Shown here in pieces: positions 28,655 to 38,909 of a stretch of 64,000 bases of DNA. The notes beneath the pieces are model-generated. The model did no database searches. It was not told the origin of the DNA and saw nothing but the letters and a program-made list of their open reading frames with translations. The translations under genes and the position numbers were made by a program. Source of the DNA: Patescibacteria group bacterium (GTDB lineage: Bacteria; Patescibacteriota; Minisyncoccia; Phycocordibacterales; UBA9973); assembly GCA_038063515.1 (NCBI GenBank), contig JBBTUY010000001.1, positions 10,972 to 74,971 on the forward strand. Reading direction: 5' to 3'. Each line of letters starts with the position of its first letter. Position 1 is the first letter of the stretch.

Positions 28655-29587
28655 ATGGAAAATGTCCCTTTCAACCCTAAAATACTAGGTGATAGTTCTA
28701 AGTTCCACAAGCATAGATATGCTATTTTTTCTTTTTTAATAATAGGTTTTATTTTTTTTGTATATTATTTATTTTTTTCTACACCTAGAAGTTTTCCTGT
28801 AAATTATAAATTACAAATAGAGCAAGGAGAGACTTTGCATGCTATATCAAATGAGCTTAAGAGAAATAATGTTATCCGGTCAAGTATTGCATTCGAGGCT
28901 TTCGTTATATTTTATAATGCAGAAAATAGTATAGTAGCTGGAGATTACTTGTTTGAAAAGAATATGCCTGTATGGCAAGTCGCAAGACGTATTTCTAAAA
29001 ATGTACGATTTGTTCCATCTGTTATAGTGGCTATTCCAGAAGGTTACGATATATATCAGATAGCCGATACGTATGCTAGCAAGCTATCTCTTTTCAGTAA
29101 AGAGAAATTTTTAGCCTATGCAAAAACCAAAGAAGGATATTTTTTCCCTGATACATATTACTTTTTAAACAATGACACAGAAAAGAATGTGATAGATTCT
29201 ATGAGTAAAAATTTTGAGAAGAAGCTTGCGCCCATTCGTCCAAATATACTAGCATCTGGTAAAAGTGAAAAAGATATCATAACCATGGCCTCTATTATAG
29301 AACGTGAATCAAGAGGATATTTCGATCGTAAGGAAATATCTGGAATTTTATGGAAGAGAATTTCTATAGGTATGAGACTGCAAGTAGACGCTGCACCGGT
29401 AACTTACCAAGCAAAAGGCTTACCAACAAATCCAATTTCTAATCCAGGATTAGAGGCAATAGATGCTGCCATTAATCCCAAAATTTCGAATTATTTGTAT
29501 TATTTACATGACAAAGATGGAAATATACATTATGCAAAAACTTTCGGTGAGCATAAGGCTAACATAGCGAAATATTTGACGAAGTAG
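28655..29587 (+). CDS. mltG: Endolytic murein transglycosylase MltG (YceG-like)
   Basis: N-terminal TM and the YceG signature ...MASIIERE... Confidence 0.75.
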   Translation: MENVPFNPKILGDSSKFHKHRYAIFSFLIIGFIFFVYYLFFSTPRSFPVNYKLQIEQGETLHAISNELKRNNVIRSSIAFEAFVIFYNAENSIVAGDYLFEKNMPVWQVARRISKNVRFVPSVIVAIPEGYDIYQIADTYASKLSLFSKEKFLAYAKTKEGYFFPDTYYFLNNDTEKNVIDSMSKNFEKKLAPIRPNILASGKSEKDIITMASIIERESRGYFDRKEISGILWKRISIGMRLQVDAAPVTYQAKGLPTNPISNPGLEAIDAAINPKISNYLYYLHDKDGNIHYAKTFGEHKANIAKYLTK

Positions 29588-29612
29588 TTTATTCTGTTAG
29601 ATTAAAGAATAA

Positions 29613-30851
29613 ATGATGAAGTCAGATAAAAAGAAAATAACTAGAAATAAAAAAACTCGAGAAAAGAAAGTTGTTTTTGTGGGTCTCTCTGGGGGCGTAG
29701 ATAGTGCTGTTTCGGCTAGCCTATTACTTCAGTCTGGGTATGAAGTAGTGGGAGTTTTCATTAAAACTTGGCACCCTGATTTCTTAGAATGCAACGAAGA
29801 AGAAGAGAGGCGTGACGCTATGCGTGTGGCAGCACACCTAGACATCCCATTCCTTACTTTTGATTTTGAAGATGTTTATAAAAAGGAAGTTGCGGACTAT
29901 ATGATAAGAGAGTATAGGCTAGGTCGTACTCCAAATCCCGATGTGATGTGTAACAAAGAAGTAAAATTTGGAGCATTTTTACAGAAGGCACTTTCTATGG
30001 GGGCAGACTATGTGGCGACGGGCCACTACAGTCAGATCAGCGAAGTTGGAAATGACTTTTTATCAGGTCCTCGGTTCTCTGGGTCCCTATCCCGGCCAGA
30101 CCATGCTAAAAAGTATTTCCAACTTTGCCAGAGCTCGGATCCTTCAAAAGACCAAAGTTATTTTCTCTGGACTTTAAAACAAGAACAGATATCTAAAATA
30201 ATTTTTCCTATAGGCAGTTTTAAGAAAATTGAAGTGAGGAAATTAGCAAAGAAATTCAACCTACCTGTTGCCGAAAAGCATGACAGTCAAGGCATATGTT
30301 TTTTGGGCGATATAGATTTAAAAGAATTTTTAAAACATTATATTAAAGAAAAGAGAGGTAAAGTTTTAAATGATACAGGTGAGGAGATAGGGTATCACGA
30401 TGGCGTGGTTTTCCATACACTCGGAGAACGTCATGGATTTACTATTACTAAAAAGAGCACAAATGATGGACGATACTATGTAGTTAGTAAAGATGTAAAG
30501 AAAAATACTTTGATTGTTAGCCAAGAAAAAAATATGCTTCTTTCTCACGGCTCGCACTTCATCTTGAATATGGATGACCGAGCTTTGGTAGCGAATGCCG
30601 AAGAAAGAACATATTTTAATCTTGGCTTAGAAAATGTAAATTGGATTTCTCAAATTCCAGAAGAAAATAAAATCTATAAAGCCCAGATACGATATCATGG
30701 GGAATTTTTACCATGCAAAATAAAATGTTTAACACCGAGTGTTGAACAAAACACAGAAATTATTTTTGAGAAGCCTGTTTTAGTTGCACCTGGGCAGTCT
30801 ATAGTTCTCTACGACAAAGACGTTTGCCTGGGTGGCGGAGTTGTGAGATAA
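29613..30851 (+). CDS. mnmA: tRNA-specific 2-thiouridylase MnmA
   Basis: PP-loop GLSGGVDSAV and catalytic-Cys regions MCNKEVKFGAFL / DQSYFL. Confidence 0.85.
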   Translation: MMKSDKKKITRNKKTREKKVVFVGLSGGVDSAVSASLLLQSGYEVVGVFIKTWHPDFLECNEEEERRDAMRVAAHLDIPFLTFDFEDVYKKEVADYMIREYRLGRTPNPDVMCNKEVKFGAFLQKALSMGADYVATGHYSQISEVGNDFLSGPRFSGSLSRPDHAKKYFQLCQSSDPSKDQSYFLWTLKQEQISKIIFPIGSFKKIEVRKLAKKFNLPVAEKHDSQGICFLGDIDLKEFLKHYIKEKRGKVLNDTGEEIGYHDGVVFHTLGERHGFTITKKSTNDGRYYVVSKDVKKNTLIVSQEKNMLLSHGSHFILNMDDRALVANAEERTYFNLGLENVNWISQIPEENKIYKAQIRYHGEFLPCKIKCLTPSVEQNTEIIFEKPVLVAPGQSIVLYDKDVCLGGGVVR

Positions 30852-30858
30852 TGTATTT

Positions 30859-31320
30859 ATGTCTCAATTTTTAATACAAAATGGTCCTATAATTTTAAAA
30901 TTATTTATAGCTGCTGGTTTAGGTATGCTTATAGGTTTAGAGAGGGTCTTAGTACATAAAGAAGCAGGTATGAAAACCCACGCACTGGTCTCTCTTGGTG
31001 CAGCTGTTTTTATAATTATTTCCGAATTAATAGCTGTAAAATACGCAATAACAGGCGGGCTCGATCCAAGTCGTGTTGCTTCACAGATAATAGTAGGTAT
31101 TGGATTTTTAGGTGCAGGGTCAATAATTTTACAAGGTAATAAACTTATGGGACTCACTACTGCGGGCGGTCTTTGGGTCACAGCAGGTATTGGTATGGCT
31201 GCTGGTTTTGGATTTTATTCTCTAGCTATCATGACTACAATAATTGTACTTTTCATATTAATAGTTGTGTACTTATTTGAAAAACCTATTCGTGAAAGAT
31301 ACAATGATGCAATCAAGTGA
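30859..31320 (+). CDS. MgtC/SapB family membrane protein
   Basis: GLERVLVHKEAGMKTHALV motif; four TM helices. Confidence 0.6.
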   Translation: MSQFLIQNGPIILKLFIAAGLGMLIGLERVLVHKEAGMKTHALVSLGAAVFIIISELIAVKYAITGGLDPSRVASQIIVGIGFLGAGSIILQGNKLMGLTTAGGLWVTAGIGMAAGFGFYSLAIMTTIIVLFILIVVYLFEKPIRERYNDAIK

Positions 31321-33046
31321 AATAAGAAATAGATTTTTAAAATTTTTTGAAAATAGGGGACATAAAATAATTCCTTCGGCTTCTCTCGTGCCCGAGAATG
31401 ATCCCTCAGTACTCTTTAATACTGCAGGCATGCAGCCACTCGTGCCGTATCTTTTAGGACAGGATCACCCTATGGGTAAAAGGATTGCTGATGTTCAGAA
31501 GTGTGTACGTACAGGAGACCTAGATGACATAGGTGACAATAGACATTTTTCTTTTTTTGAAATGATGGGAAACTGGTCACTTGGGGATTATTTCAAAGAA
31601 GATGCGATAAAGTGGAGTTACGATTTTTTAACTTCCAAGGAAGAGGGTCTAGGCTTAGATGTAAAAAGACTTTATGTTACAGCATTTGAAGGAGATGAAA
31701 ATGCCCCCAAGGATATAGAATCAAGAGATATTTGGAAAAGTTTAGGAATACCGGAAAACAGAATTTATTTCTTACCCGCAGAGGACAATTGGTGGAGTCC
31801 AGGAGACAATGGCCCATGTGGACCTTGTAGCGAAATGTTTTATGATATGACTGGTAATGTTGGGGATCTTTCCCATGAGGAGTTTCTAGATGCCACAAAT
31901 AAAGAAACAGTCATAGAAATATGGAATGACGTCTTTATGGAATACGAAAAGAAAGACGGAAAGGTTATAGGTAAATTAAAGCAGAAAAATGTAGACACAG
32001 GTGCCGGACTTGAGCGTATCACAGCAGTAATGCAAGGTAAACAAACTGCGTATGATACTGATTTATTTGATGGTATTTTAGATTTAATAAAAAGTAAATC
32101 TAAGGATTTTGATGGAAAGAAAGCAAGAATTATAGCTGATCATATGCGAACAGCACTTTTTCTTGTGTCTGATGGAGTTATTCCTTCAAATAAAGATAGA
32201 GGATACGTTTTACGTAGATTACTGCGACGTGCGGGTACAAGAGCCCAACAAATGGGCCTCACAACCTCTGATTTAATTGAAGTTTCTAATATATATAGAG
32301 AAAAATACAAAGAAGCATATCCAAATATACATAATAGTAAAAATAATGAGATGCTTGTAGAGGAGTTGAATAAATTTAATCAAACACTGGTTTCCGGCTT
32401 AAAAGAATTTGAAAAAGGTACAGATGTATTTATTTTAGCAACTACATACGGCTTTCCTGTTGAGCTCACTGTTGAGCTTGCTAAGGAAAATGGAAGAGAG
32501 ATTGATCTCGAAGACTTTAATAAAAAAATGTCTGAGCACCAGAGACTTTCACAGACTGCGTCAGCAGGTATGTTTAAGGGAGGGCTTGCAAATCACAACG
32601 AAAAGACTGTAAAGTTACACACTGCTCACCATTTGCTTCTCGCGGCCCTTCAGAATGTTGTCAGTAAAGAAGTAAGACAAAGAGGAAGTAACATTACCGA
32701 AGAGCGTCTTCGTATAGATTTTCTCTGTGACCATAAATTAACAGATGAAGAGAAGCAAAAAGCGGAAGATTTAGTAAATGATAAAATATCTCAAGGCTTA
32801 AACGTAGTACGTAGAGAGATGTCAAAAGATGAAGCCTTGCGTATAGGTGCTGAGATGGAGTTTGGTGCAAAATATGCTGACCAGGTCTCTGTATATTTTA
32901 TTGAAGATAAAGATGGTAATGTCTTTTCAAAAGAATTCTGTGGTGGTCCGCACGTTTCTAATACAAAAGAGCTTACAAAATTTAAAATTCAAAAAGAAGA
33001 AGCAGTTGCTCAAGGAATAAGGAGAATAAAGGGTGTACTTTTGTAG
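31304..33046 (+). CDS. alaS: Alanine--tRNA ligase, truncated form (catalytic, tRNA-recognition and editing domains; no C-Ala domain)
   Basis: N-terminal motifs (FNTAGMQP, FFEMMGNWSLGDYFK) and the editing HxxxH ... CGGPHV motif; ends about 280 aa short of canonical AlaRS. Confidence 0.8.
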   Translation: MMQSSEIRNRFLKFFENRGHKIIPSASLVPENDPSVLFNTAGMQPLVPYLLGQDHPMGKRIADVQKCVRTGDLDDIGDNRHFSFFEMMGNWSLGDYFKEDAIKWSYDFLTSKEEGLGLDVKRLYVTAFEGDENAPKDIESRDIWKSLGIPENRIYFLPAEDNWWSPGDNGPCGPCSEMFYDMTGNVGDLSHEEFLDATNKETVIEIWNDVFMEYEKKDGKVIGKLKQKNVDTGAGLERITAVMQGKQTAYDTDLFDGILDLIKSKSKDFDGKKARIIADHMRTALFLVSDGVIPSNKDRGYVLRRLLRRAGTRAQQMGLTTSDLIEVSNIYREKYKEAYPNIHNSKNNEMLVEELNKFNQTLVSGLKEFEKGTDVFILATTYGFPVELTVELAKENGREIDLEDFNKKMSEHQRLSQTASAGMFKGGLANHNEKTVKLHTAHHLLLAALQNVVSKEVRQRGSNITEERLRIDFLCDHKLTDEEKQKAEDLVNDKISQGLNVVRREMSKDEALRIGAEMEFGAKYADQVSVYFIEDKDGNVFSKEFCGGPHVSNTKELTKFKIQKEEAVAQGIRRIKGVLL

Positions 33047-33078
33047 TATTTATATCAATCTTTTGATATAATTTACTT

Positions 33079-34263
33079 ATGGGATTTTTTGGTGAAACTA
33101 AAACAAATGAAGAATTAATATTAGTTTTTGATATCAGGTCTTCTTCTGTCGGAGCAGCTTTTTTTTATACTGATAAGAACCAAAAAAGTAGAATTATTAT
33201 GTCTGTATCTGAGCCCATCCCTGCTGAGGACAAGGGAGACATAGACAGATTTCTTTTTCTTACTATGAAAGCACTCGAAGTAGTAGTTGGTCGCATCATA
33301 GTCAAAGGTTTAGGTGCACCAGACAAGATTTTTTGTGTTCTATCTCTACCATGGTACATATCAGAGTCCCGTGTTGTTAGCCTTAAAAAAGATACACCAT
33401 TTTTATTTACTCCCAAAGTCGCTGATAGTTTGATTGAGCAAGAAGTTGCTTTAGTAAAAGAGAAATATTTGAAAATGTACACAGATATCGGTGATAGTTT
33501 GCGTAGTATTGAACTTAAAAATGTTAAGATAACTATGAATGGTTATGAGGTATCAAATCCTATAAATAAACACGCTAAAGAAGTTGAGATGAATTTATTT
33601 ATTTCACTAAGTGCTGAGAAAATATGTAAGAAAATAGAAGAAACGATAGCCACACATTTCTCATCTAGGCAAATAAAGTTCTCGCCTTTTTCTATGGCTG
33701 CATTTTCTGTAGTACGAGATATATTTAGTGACTTTCTTGTTATCAATATAGGCGGAGAAATCACAGATATATCTATGGTAAAGGGCAGTACATTACGTGA
33801 ATCCATCTCCTTTCCCATCGGAACAAATTCTATGACCCGTGGTGTTGCATCGAGTATGAAATGTACTCTCGATGAAGCACGATCCTTTGTATCTATTTTT
33901 AAAGATAGTCATGCTTCACCTAGCCTCATTGCAACACTAGAGCCCATAATGAAGAAATTAAAAGCAGAATGGCTTGTAAAATTTCAAGAATCTTTAGCAA
34001 ATATTTCTAATGACATTTCTGTACCAGCCCTTTTGTATATCACGATAGATAGTGATCTAGAAGAATTGTTTAGAGAATTAATAACCACAGAACAATTTAA
34101 CCAGTATACACTTACAGAATCCAAGTTTCAGCTTGTCTTTTTAAATATCGAAACATTGCGCAATTTTATAGTATTTGAAAGAGATGTACCTTTCAATTCA
34201 TATCTGGTGATAGATGCTATTTATATTAATCATTTTTTAACCAATCCTAAAACATATGCCTAA
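33079..34263 (+). CDS. Actin-like ATPase-fold protein (PilM/FtsA-like)
   Basis: ILVFDIRSSSVGAAF and LVINIGGEITDISMV phosphate-binding-loop-like motifs. Confidence 0.4.
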   Translation: MGFFGETKTNEELILVFDIRSSSVGAAFFYTDKNQKSRIIMSVSEPIPAEDKGDIDRFLFLTMKALEVVVGRIIVKGLGAPDKIFCVLSLPWYISESRVVSLKKDTPFLFTPKVADSLIEQEVALVKEKYLKMYTDIGDSLRSIELKNVKITMNGYEVSNPINKHAKEVEMNLFISLSAEKICKKIEETIATHFSSRQIKFSPFSMAAFSVVRDIFSDFLVINIGGEITDISMVKGSTLRESISFPIGTNSMTRGVASSMKCTLDEARSFVSIFKDSHASPSLIATLEPIMKKLKAEWLVKFQESLANISNDISVPALLYITIDSDLEELFRELITTEQFNQYTLTESKFQLVFLNIETLRNFIVFERDVPFNSYLVIDAIYINHFLTNPKTYA

Positions 34264-35548
34264 AAATCAAATTCAAGATATGGTAAAAGTGAAGAGTATA
34301 AGGAATATTCCGAAGAGGCATCACACGGAACAGAAAAAAGTCTCACCACGTCCTCTAGAAGTCAGACAACACCATATTAGAAAAGAAGAATATTTTGAAC
34401 CAAAAAAAGGGGGAAATTCTAAATACAGCTTGTGGTTTGTTTCTATTGTTCCCATATTATTTTTTATTTTTGCCATATCGTATCTCTTTACTAGAGCAGA
34501 GGTAACAGTCGAGCCTAAAACTCAAAATTTAGTTTTAAGTCAAAGCTTGTCAGCTATTAAAAATTCTACTACTGAAGATCTAGGGTTTAATTTAGTCATT
34601 ATTTCTGGAGAAGAGGAAGAGAAAGTATTAGGAAAAGAAGAAAAAGACGTAGCCCTAGCTTCTAAGGGAACTGTGTTTGTCTACAATTCTTTTAGCTCGG
34701 CTCCCCAGAAGCTTCTGATTGATACAAGGCTCGAAGGGTCAAATGGTAAAATATATAAAACAGCATCTGCTTTCACAGTGCCAGGTATGGCAAAAGACGG
34801 CACTCCAGGCAAAGTACAGGTTTCCATATACGGAAGTGAGCCCGGACCAGAATATGATGATAAACCGCTTGATTTTAAAATCTTTGGTTTTAAAGGTACA
34901 CCCAAATACGAGAAATTTTATGCACGAAGTGAGGGAAACATAACAGGAGGATTTATAGGCAAGTCACCCGTCATTTCTGACGACGATAAAATAGCCTCAA
35001 TTAACACTCTAAAAGATAAACTAGGAGCAAAGCTTTTACAAAAGGCAGGAGATCAGATACCAAGTGGATTTATTTTATTTAAAAATGCATTTTATCTAAA
35101 TATAGACGAAGAGAAATTTGACGTAGATAGTAACAACGAACCAGTTCTAAAGGTCAAAGGCACCTTGTATGGAATACTCTTCAATGAGCAAGATCTCACT
35201 AAGAAAATTGCAGAAAGTAATATAAAGAAATACGATGGAAGTGAAATTTATATTCCTGGTATACGTGACCTCACCTTTAACCCTGGTAATGGTGGCATAT
35301 TAACTTCAAATATTGCTCTTACAGAGAGGCTGGATTTCAATCTAACTGGAAATACAAAGCTTGTATGGAAAGTTGATCAAGCTAAGCTCACAAAGGATCT
35401 CGCAGGTAAATCTAAAAAAAGCTTTGGCCAAACTCTCGGAGAATATCCAAACATAGAGTCTGCAAATTTGTCGATAAGCCCATTTTGGTCTAGGTCTATT
35501 CCGAGCAAGACAAAATACATCAAGGTTGTAATTGACGACACTAAATAA
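34256..35548 (+). CDS. Membrane-anchored extracellular hypothetical protein
   Basis: Basic N-terminus, one TM helix at about aa 60, large ectodomain. Confidence 0.35.
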   Translation: MPKNQIQDMVKVKSIRNIPKRHHTEQKKVSPRPLEVRQHHIRKEEYFEPKKGGNSKYSLWFVSIVPILFFIFAISYLFTRAEVTVEPKTQNLVLSQSLSAIKNSTTEDLGFNLVIISGEEEEKVLGKEEKDVALASKGTVFVYNSFSSAPQKLLIDTRLEGSNGKIYKTASAFTVPGMAKDGTPGKVQVSIYGSEPGPEYDDKPLDFKIFGFKGTPKYEKFYARSEGNITGGFIGKSPVISDDDKIASINTLKDKLGAKLLQKAGDQIPSGFILFKNAFYLNIDEEKFDVDSNNEPVLKVKGTLYGILFNEQDLTKKIAESNIKKYDGSEIYIPGIRDLTFNPGNGGILTSNIALTERLDFNLTGNTKLVWKVDQAKLTKDLAGKSKKSFGQTLGEYPNIESANLSISPFWSRSIPSKTKYIKVVIDDTK

Positions 35549-35565
35549 TTAATATTTTTCACCTA

Positions 35566-35593
35566 TTGACCATATTTTTAATTCTGGTAGAAT
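35566..35593 (+). promoter_or_regulatory. Candidate sigma70 promoter TTGACC-16-TAGAAT upstream of infA
   Basis: Both hexamers read directly; 12-nt leader without a clear SD. Confidence 0.45.
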
Positions 35594-35605
35594 ACATAGA
35601 TATAA

Positions 35606-35839
35606 ATGAGTGATAATAAAAATGAAAAACTTGAAACAGTTAGGGGAGTAGTCACAGAAGCTTTACCCTCAACATTGTTTCGAGTAGAAATTAAAGAGAA
35701 AGAAGGCGACGCAAAAGAAATTCTTGCTTACTTGTCTGGAAAGATGCGCATGCACAGAATTAAAGTTTTAATTGGGGATTCGGTTGAGGTCGTACTTGAC
35801 CCATATGGAGGCAAAGGACGCATTGTGAAGAGATTTTAA
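35606..35839 (+). CDS. infA: Translation initiation factor IF-1
   Basis: S1-like OB fold; GKMRMHRIKVLIGDSVEVVLDPYG. Confidence 0.85.
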   Translation: MSDNKNEKLETVRGVVTEALPSTLFRVEIKEKEGDAKEILAYLSGKMRMHRIKVLIGDSVEVVLDPYGGKGRIVKRF

Positions 35840-35908
35840 AGAAACACTTGTATTTTTTTTATAATAGTGTATCATAGTATGTACAGTTTTTAAAACATTT
35901 ATAGCGTT

Positions 35909-35937
35909 TAAAAATAAAGGTTTTTTCCTTTATTTTG
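35909..35937 (+). terminator. Hairpin AAATAAAGG-TTTTTTC-CTTTATTT between infA and rpmJ (possible attenuator)
   Basis: AT-rich stem with a T-rich loop and tail. Confidence 0.4.
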
Positions 35938-35957
35938 TGTTTTACGTCAAATATTTT

Positions 35958-36068
35958 ATGAAAATCAAATCAGCAGTAAAGAAAATATGTCACAATTGTA
36001 AAATGGTCAAAAGAGCTAGGCATTTAAGGATTATTTGTGTGAATCCTAAGCATAAACAAAAACAATAA
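35958..36068 (+). CDS. rpmJ: 50S ribosomal protein L36 (36 aa, below the ORF-track length cutoff)
   Basis: Manual translation: [36 protein letters not shown], with the C-x2-C...C...H zinc-ribbon pattern of L36. Confidence 0.85.
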   Translation: MKIKSAVKKICHNCKMVKRARHLRIICVNPKHKQKQ

Positions 36069-36070
36069 TT

Positions 36071-36451
36071 ATGAGAATCCTTGGAATTACGGTACCAAAT
36101 GAAAAGAGACTTGAATTTAGCTTGACTGTTATCTACGGTATTGGGCTTTCTACTGCAAGAAAAATAATAGACAACGTAGGCATAGATAGAGGTATAAAGG
36201 CACAAGACTTAACTCCTGAACAAGAGAACAAAATTCGCGTTGTTATAGAAAGTATGACAATCGAAGGAAATTTAAAAAGAGAGATTTCAAGTAACATTAA
36301 GAGATTGAAAGATATTAAAAGTTATCGTGGTACAAGGCACATGAAAAGACTGCCTGTGCGAGGTCAGCGAACTAAAACAAATTCTAGAACAGTGAGAGGA
36401 AATGTTCGAAAGACAATGGCTTCTGGAAAGAGAAAAGAAAGTAAGACATAA
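36071..36451 (+). CDS. rpsM: 30S ribosomal protein S13
   Basis: MRILGITVPNEKRLEFSLTVIYGIG signature. Confidence 0.9.
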   Translation: MRILGITVPNEKRLEFSLTVIYGIGLSTARKIIDNVGIDRGIKAQDLTPEQENKIRVVIESMTIEGNLKREISSNIKRLKDIKSYRGTRHMKRLPVRGQRTKTNSRTVRGNVRKTMASGKRKESKT

Positions 36452-36455
36452 TTTT

Positions 36456-36884
36456 ATGGTAAAGACTAAGACAACAACAGAATCCGTGGAAGAGAAAGTA
36501 GTTGAAGAGAAGGCAGTCTCTAAAGCTCAGAAAAAGAAAATAAGTTCTGGTGTTTTACACATTGAGGCTACTTTCAACAACACAAAGGTTCTTTTTTCAG
36601 ATAAGGCTGGTAACACTTTATTTTGGTCAAGTTCAGGCTCACTTGGTTTTCGTGGAGCAAAGAAGGGTACTCCTTTCGTAGCTTCTAAGATAGGTGACCT
36701 TATAGGAGGAAAAGCAGCAATGATAGGAGTTAAGGATGCTGATGTTGTAGTTTTAGGAGTTGGATCAGGTCGCGAACCAGCTATAAGAGCTTTCATGGCT
36801 CATGGTATACAGATAAATGCCATTACAGACAAGACTCCGGTTCCTCACAATGGACCAAAAGCTAAGAAGCCTAGAAGAGTTTAA
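36456..36884 (+). CDS. rpsK: 30S ribosomal protein S11
   Basis: VLHIEATFNNT...SGSLGFRG core. ATG 36456 chosen after the rpsM stop. Confidence 0.9.
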   Translation: MVKTKTTTESVEEKVVEEKAVSKAQKKKISSGVLHIEATFNNTKVLFSDKAGNTLFWSSSGSLGFRGAKKGTPFVASKIGDLIGGKAAMIGVKDADVVVLGVGSGREPAIRAFMAHGIQINAITDKTPVPHNGPKAKKPRRV

Positions 36885-36896
36885 TTTTTAAAAAAA

Positions 36897-37496
36897 ATGA
36901 TATCCAAACCAAAGTTTAAAATTTGTAGAAGATTAGGACCAGGTGTGTATGACAAATGTCAGACTACTAAGTTTTCGACTTCAACTAAAGGCAGCATGGG
37001 CAACAAGCGTCCTAAGGCTCTCTCTGAATACGGCACTCAGTTTTTAGAAAAACAAAAAGTTAGACTTTCATACGGTGTATCTGAAAGACAGCTATCAAAC
37101 TACGTTAAAAAAGCAACAGCAATAAAGGGAACTCATACTACAGAAAAGTTTTATGAAGATCTTGAGTCTCGCTTAGACAACGTTATTTATAGAACTGGTC
37201 TCGGATCTACAAGACGTGCAAGTCGCCAAATGGTTTCTCATGGACACTTCTTAGTAAATGATCGCAAAGTGACTATACCTTCATACGAAATGAAAGTAGG
37301 TGATGTGATCAAGATTCGTGAAGGTTCTAAGAGTAGTAAATTATTTACTGATCTCGCTGCAAAGCTTAAGGATCACGTAGCACCTACTTGGATTTTTTTT
37401 GATATAAACAAGATGGAGGGAAAGGTGCTCGCAAAAGCTAAAAATGTAGAGACTTTCCTCAATTTAAATGCTGTCCTCGAATTCTATAGTCGTTAA
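36897..37496 (+). CDS. rpsD: 30S ribosomal protein S4
   Basis: N-terminal MISKPKFKICRRLG with a C-x-C zinc motif and an S4 RNA-binding domain. Confidence 0.9.
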   Translation: MISKPKFKICRRLGPGVYDKCQTTKFSTSTKGSMGNKRPKALSEYGTQFLEKQKVRLSYGVSERQLSNYVKKATAIKGTHTTEKFYEDLESRLDNVIYRTGLGSTRRASRQMVSHGHFLVNDRKVTIPSYEMKVGDVIKIREGSKSSKLFTDLAAKLKDHVAPTWIFFDINKMEGKVLAKAKNVETFLNLNAVLEFYSR

Positions 37497-37542
37497 TTTG
37501 TAAATTTATTTATTATTAAAAATTTAACTTTTTTATAAAATT

Positions 37543-38517
37543 ATGCCTGAATATAAAATAATTATGCCTTCAAAGCCAAACGTTGTTTTGGAAGATGGTA
37601 ATAAGGGAGTATTTGAAATAGACGGCCTCTATCCTGGGTACGGACATACACTAGGAAATAGTTTAAGAAGAATCATTTTGTCTTCACTTCCAGGTCATAG
37701 TATCACATCTATTAAAATAGATGGTGTTTCTCATGAGTTTCAGACTATCGATGGAATAAAAGAAGATGTAATTGTAATGATTTTGAATTTGAAAAAGACT
37801 AGATTTAGAATGACATCTGATGAACCTCAGACAGTTACACTTTCTGTAAAAGGACCAAAAGAAGTTACAGCAGCTGATATAAAAACAACAGGACAAGTAG
37901 AAGTATTAAATCCTGAGAACCACATAGCTTCTGTGACAGGAAAGGTGAATTTAAATATTGAACTTCTCATAGAGAAAGGCTTAGGTTTTATTTCAAAAGA
38001 AAATTTCCACAAAGAAAAGGTGGACGTTGGTACTATCGCTGTCGATGCTATCTTTACTCCTGTAAGACGTGTGTCTTATGAAGTAGAGAACATGCGTGTA
38101 GGTGACAAGACTAACCACAACAGACTTAGAATTTCTATAGAAACAGATGGAACTCTATCTCCACGTGAAGCCCTCACAAGATCAATAGAAATAATGATAA
38201 ATCAGCTTAAAGCTATTGTTGATTTTAAGGAACCTGAAGAAGAAACAGAAGAAGAAGTTTCTAATACAAAAGTAGCAAAAGAAGAAAAGAATGAAAAGAG
38301 CGACGCTGATTTTGCCGATGTTTTAAAGACTCGTACAGAAGACCTTGATTTCTCTACTCGAACATTGAACGCTCTAACTTCTGCAAACGTTCGAACTCTT
38401 GGAGGACTTGCTCGAAAAAAGAGAGAAGACCTTTTGGAGATAGAAGGTATCGGAGAGAAGGGAATTACTGAGATTAAAAAGATGTTGAATAAATTTAATT
38501 TAAATTTAAAAGATTAA
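37543..38517 (+). CDS. rpoA: DNA-directed RNA polymerase subunit alpha
   Basis: Alpha NTD motifs (GHTLGNSLRRILLSSL) and a C-terminal HhH domain. Confidence 0.9.
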   Translation: MPEYKIIMPSKPNVVLEDGNKGVFEIDGLYPGYGHTLGNSLRRIILSSLPGHSITSIKIDGVSHEFQTIDGIKEDVIVMILNLKKTRFRMTSDEPQTVTLSVKGPKEVTAADIKTTGQVEVLNPENHIASVTGKVNLNIELLIEKGLGFISKENFHKEKVDVGTIAVDAIFTPVRRVSYEVENMRVGDKTNHNRLRISIETDGTLSPREALTRSIEIMINQLKAIVDFKEPEEETEEEVSNTKVAKEEKNEKSDADFADVLKTRTEDLDFSTRTLNALTSANVRTLGGLARKKREDLLEIEGIGEKGITEIKKMLNKFNLNLKD

Positions 38518-38518
38518 T

Positions 38519-38872
38519 ATGAGACACCATAACGCTAATAGAAAATTTGGTAGAACGAAGACACAAAGGAGAGCACTCTTAAACTCTTTAGCATTCAACC
38601 TCATAACACGTGAGAAAATAAAGACTACACTACCTAAAGCAAAAGAACTACGACCTTTCGTTGAAAAGATAGTAACTCATGCAAAGAAAGGAGACATAGC
38701 AAGTAGGAGACTCGTAGTCTCTAAGCTTGGTGCTGGTAGTCGCGAGATTAAAAAGCTTTTTGAAGTTATAGCGCCAAAATACGAAAAGAAAAGTGGTGGC
38801 TATACAAGGATTTTAAAATTAGGAGTGAGAAAGTCTGACGGTGCACCTATGGCTGTCATAGAATTTGTATAA
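38519..38872 (+). CDS. rplQ: 50S ribosomal protein L17
   Basis: MRHHNANRKFGRTKTQRRALL signature. Confidence 0.9.
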   Translation: MRHHNANRKFGRTKTQRRALLNSLAFNLITREKIKTTLPKAKELRPFVEKIVTHAKKGDIASRRLVVSKLGAGSREIKKLFEVIAPKYEKKSGGYTRILKLGVRKSDGAPMAVIEFV

Positions 38873-38909
38873 TTTTTGACAATAGTTTAGTATGATTTAA
38901 TATCGAAAT

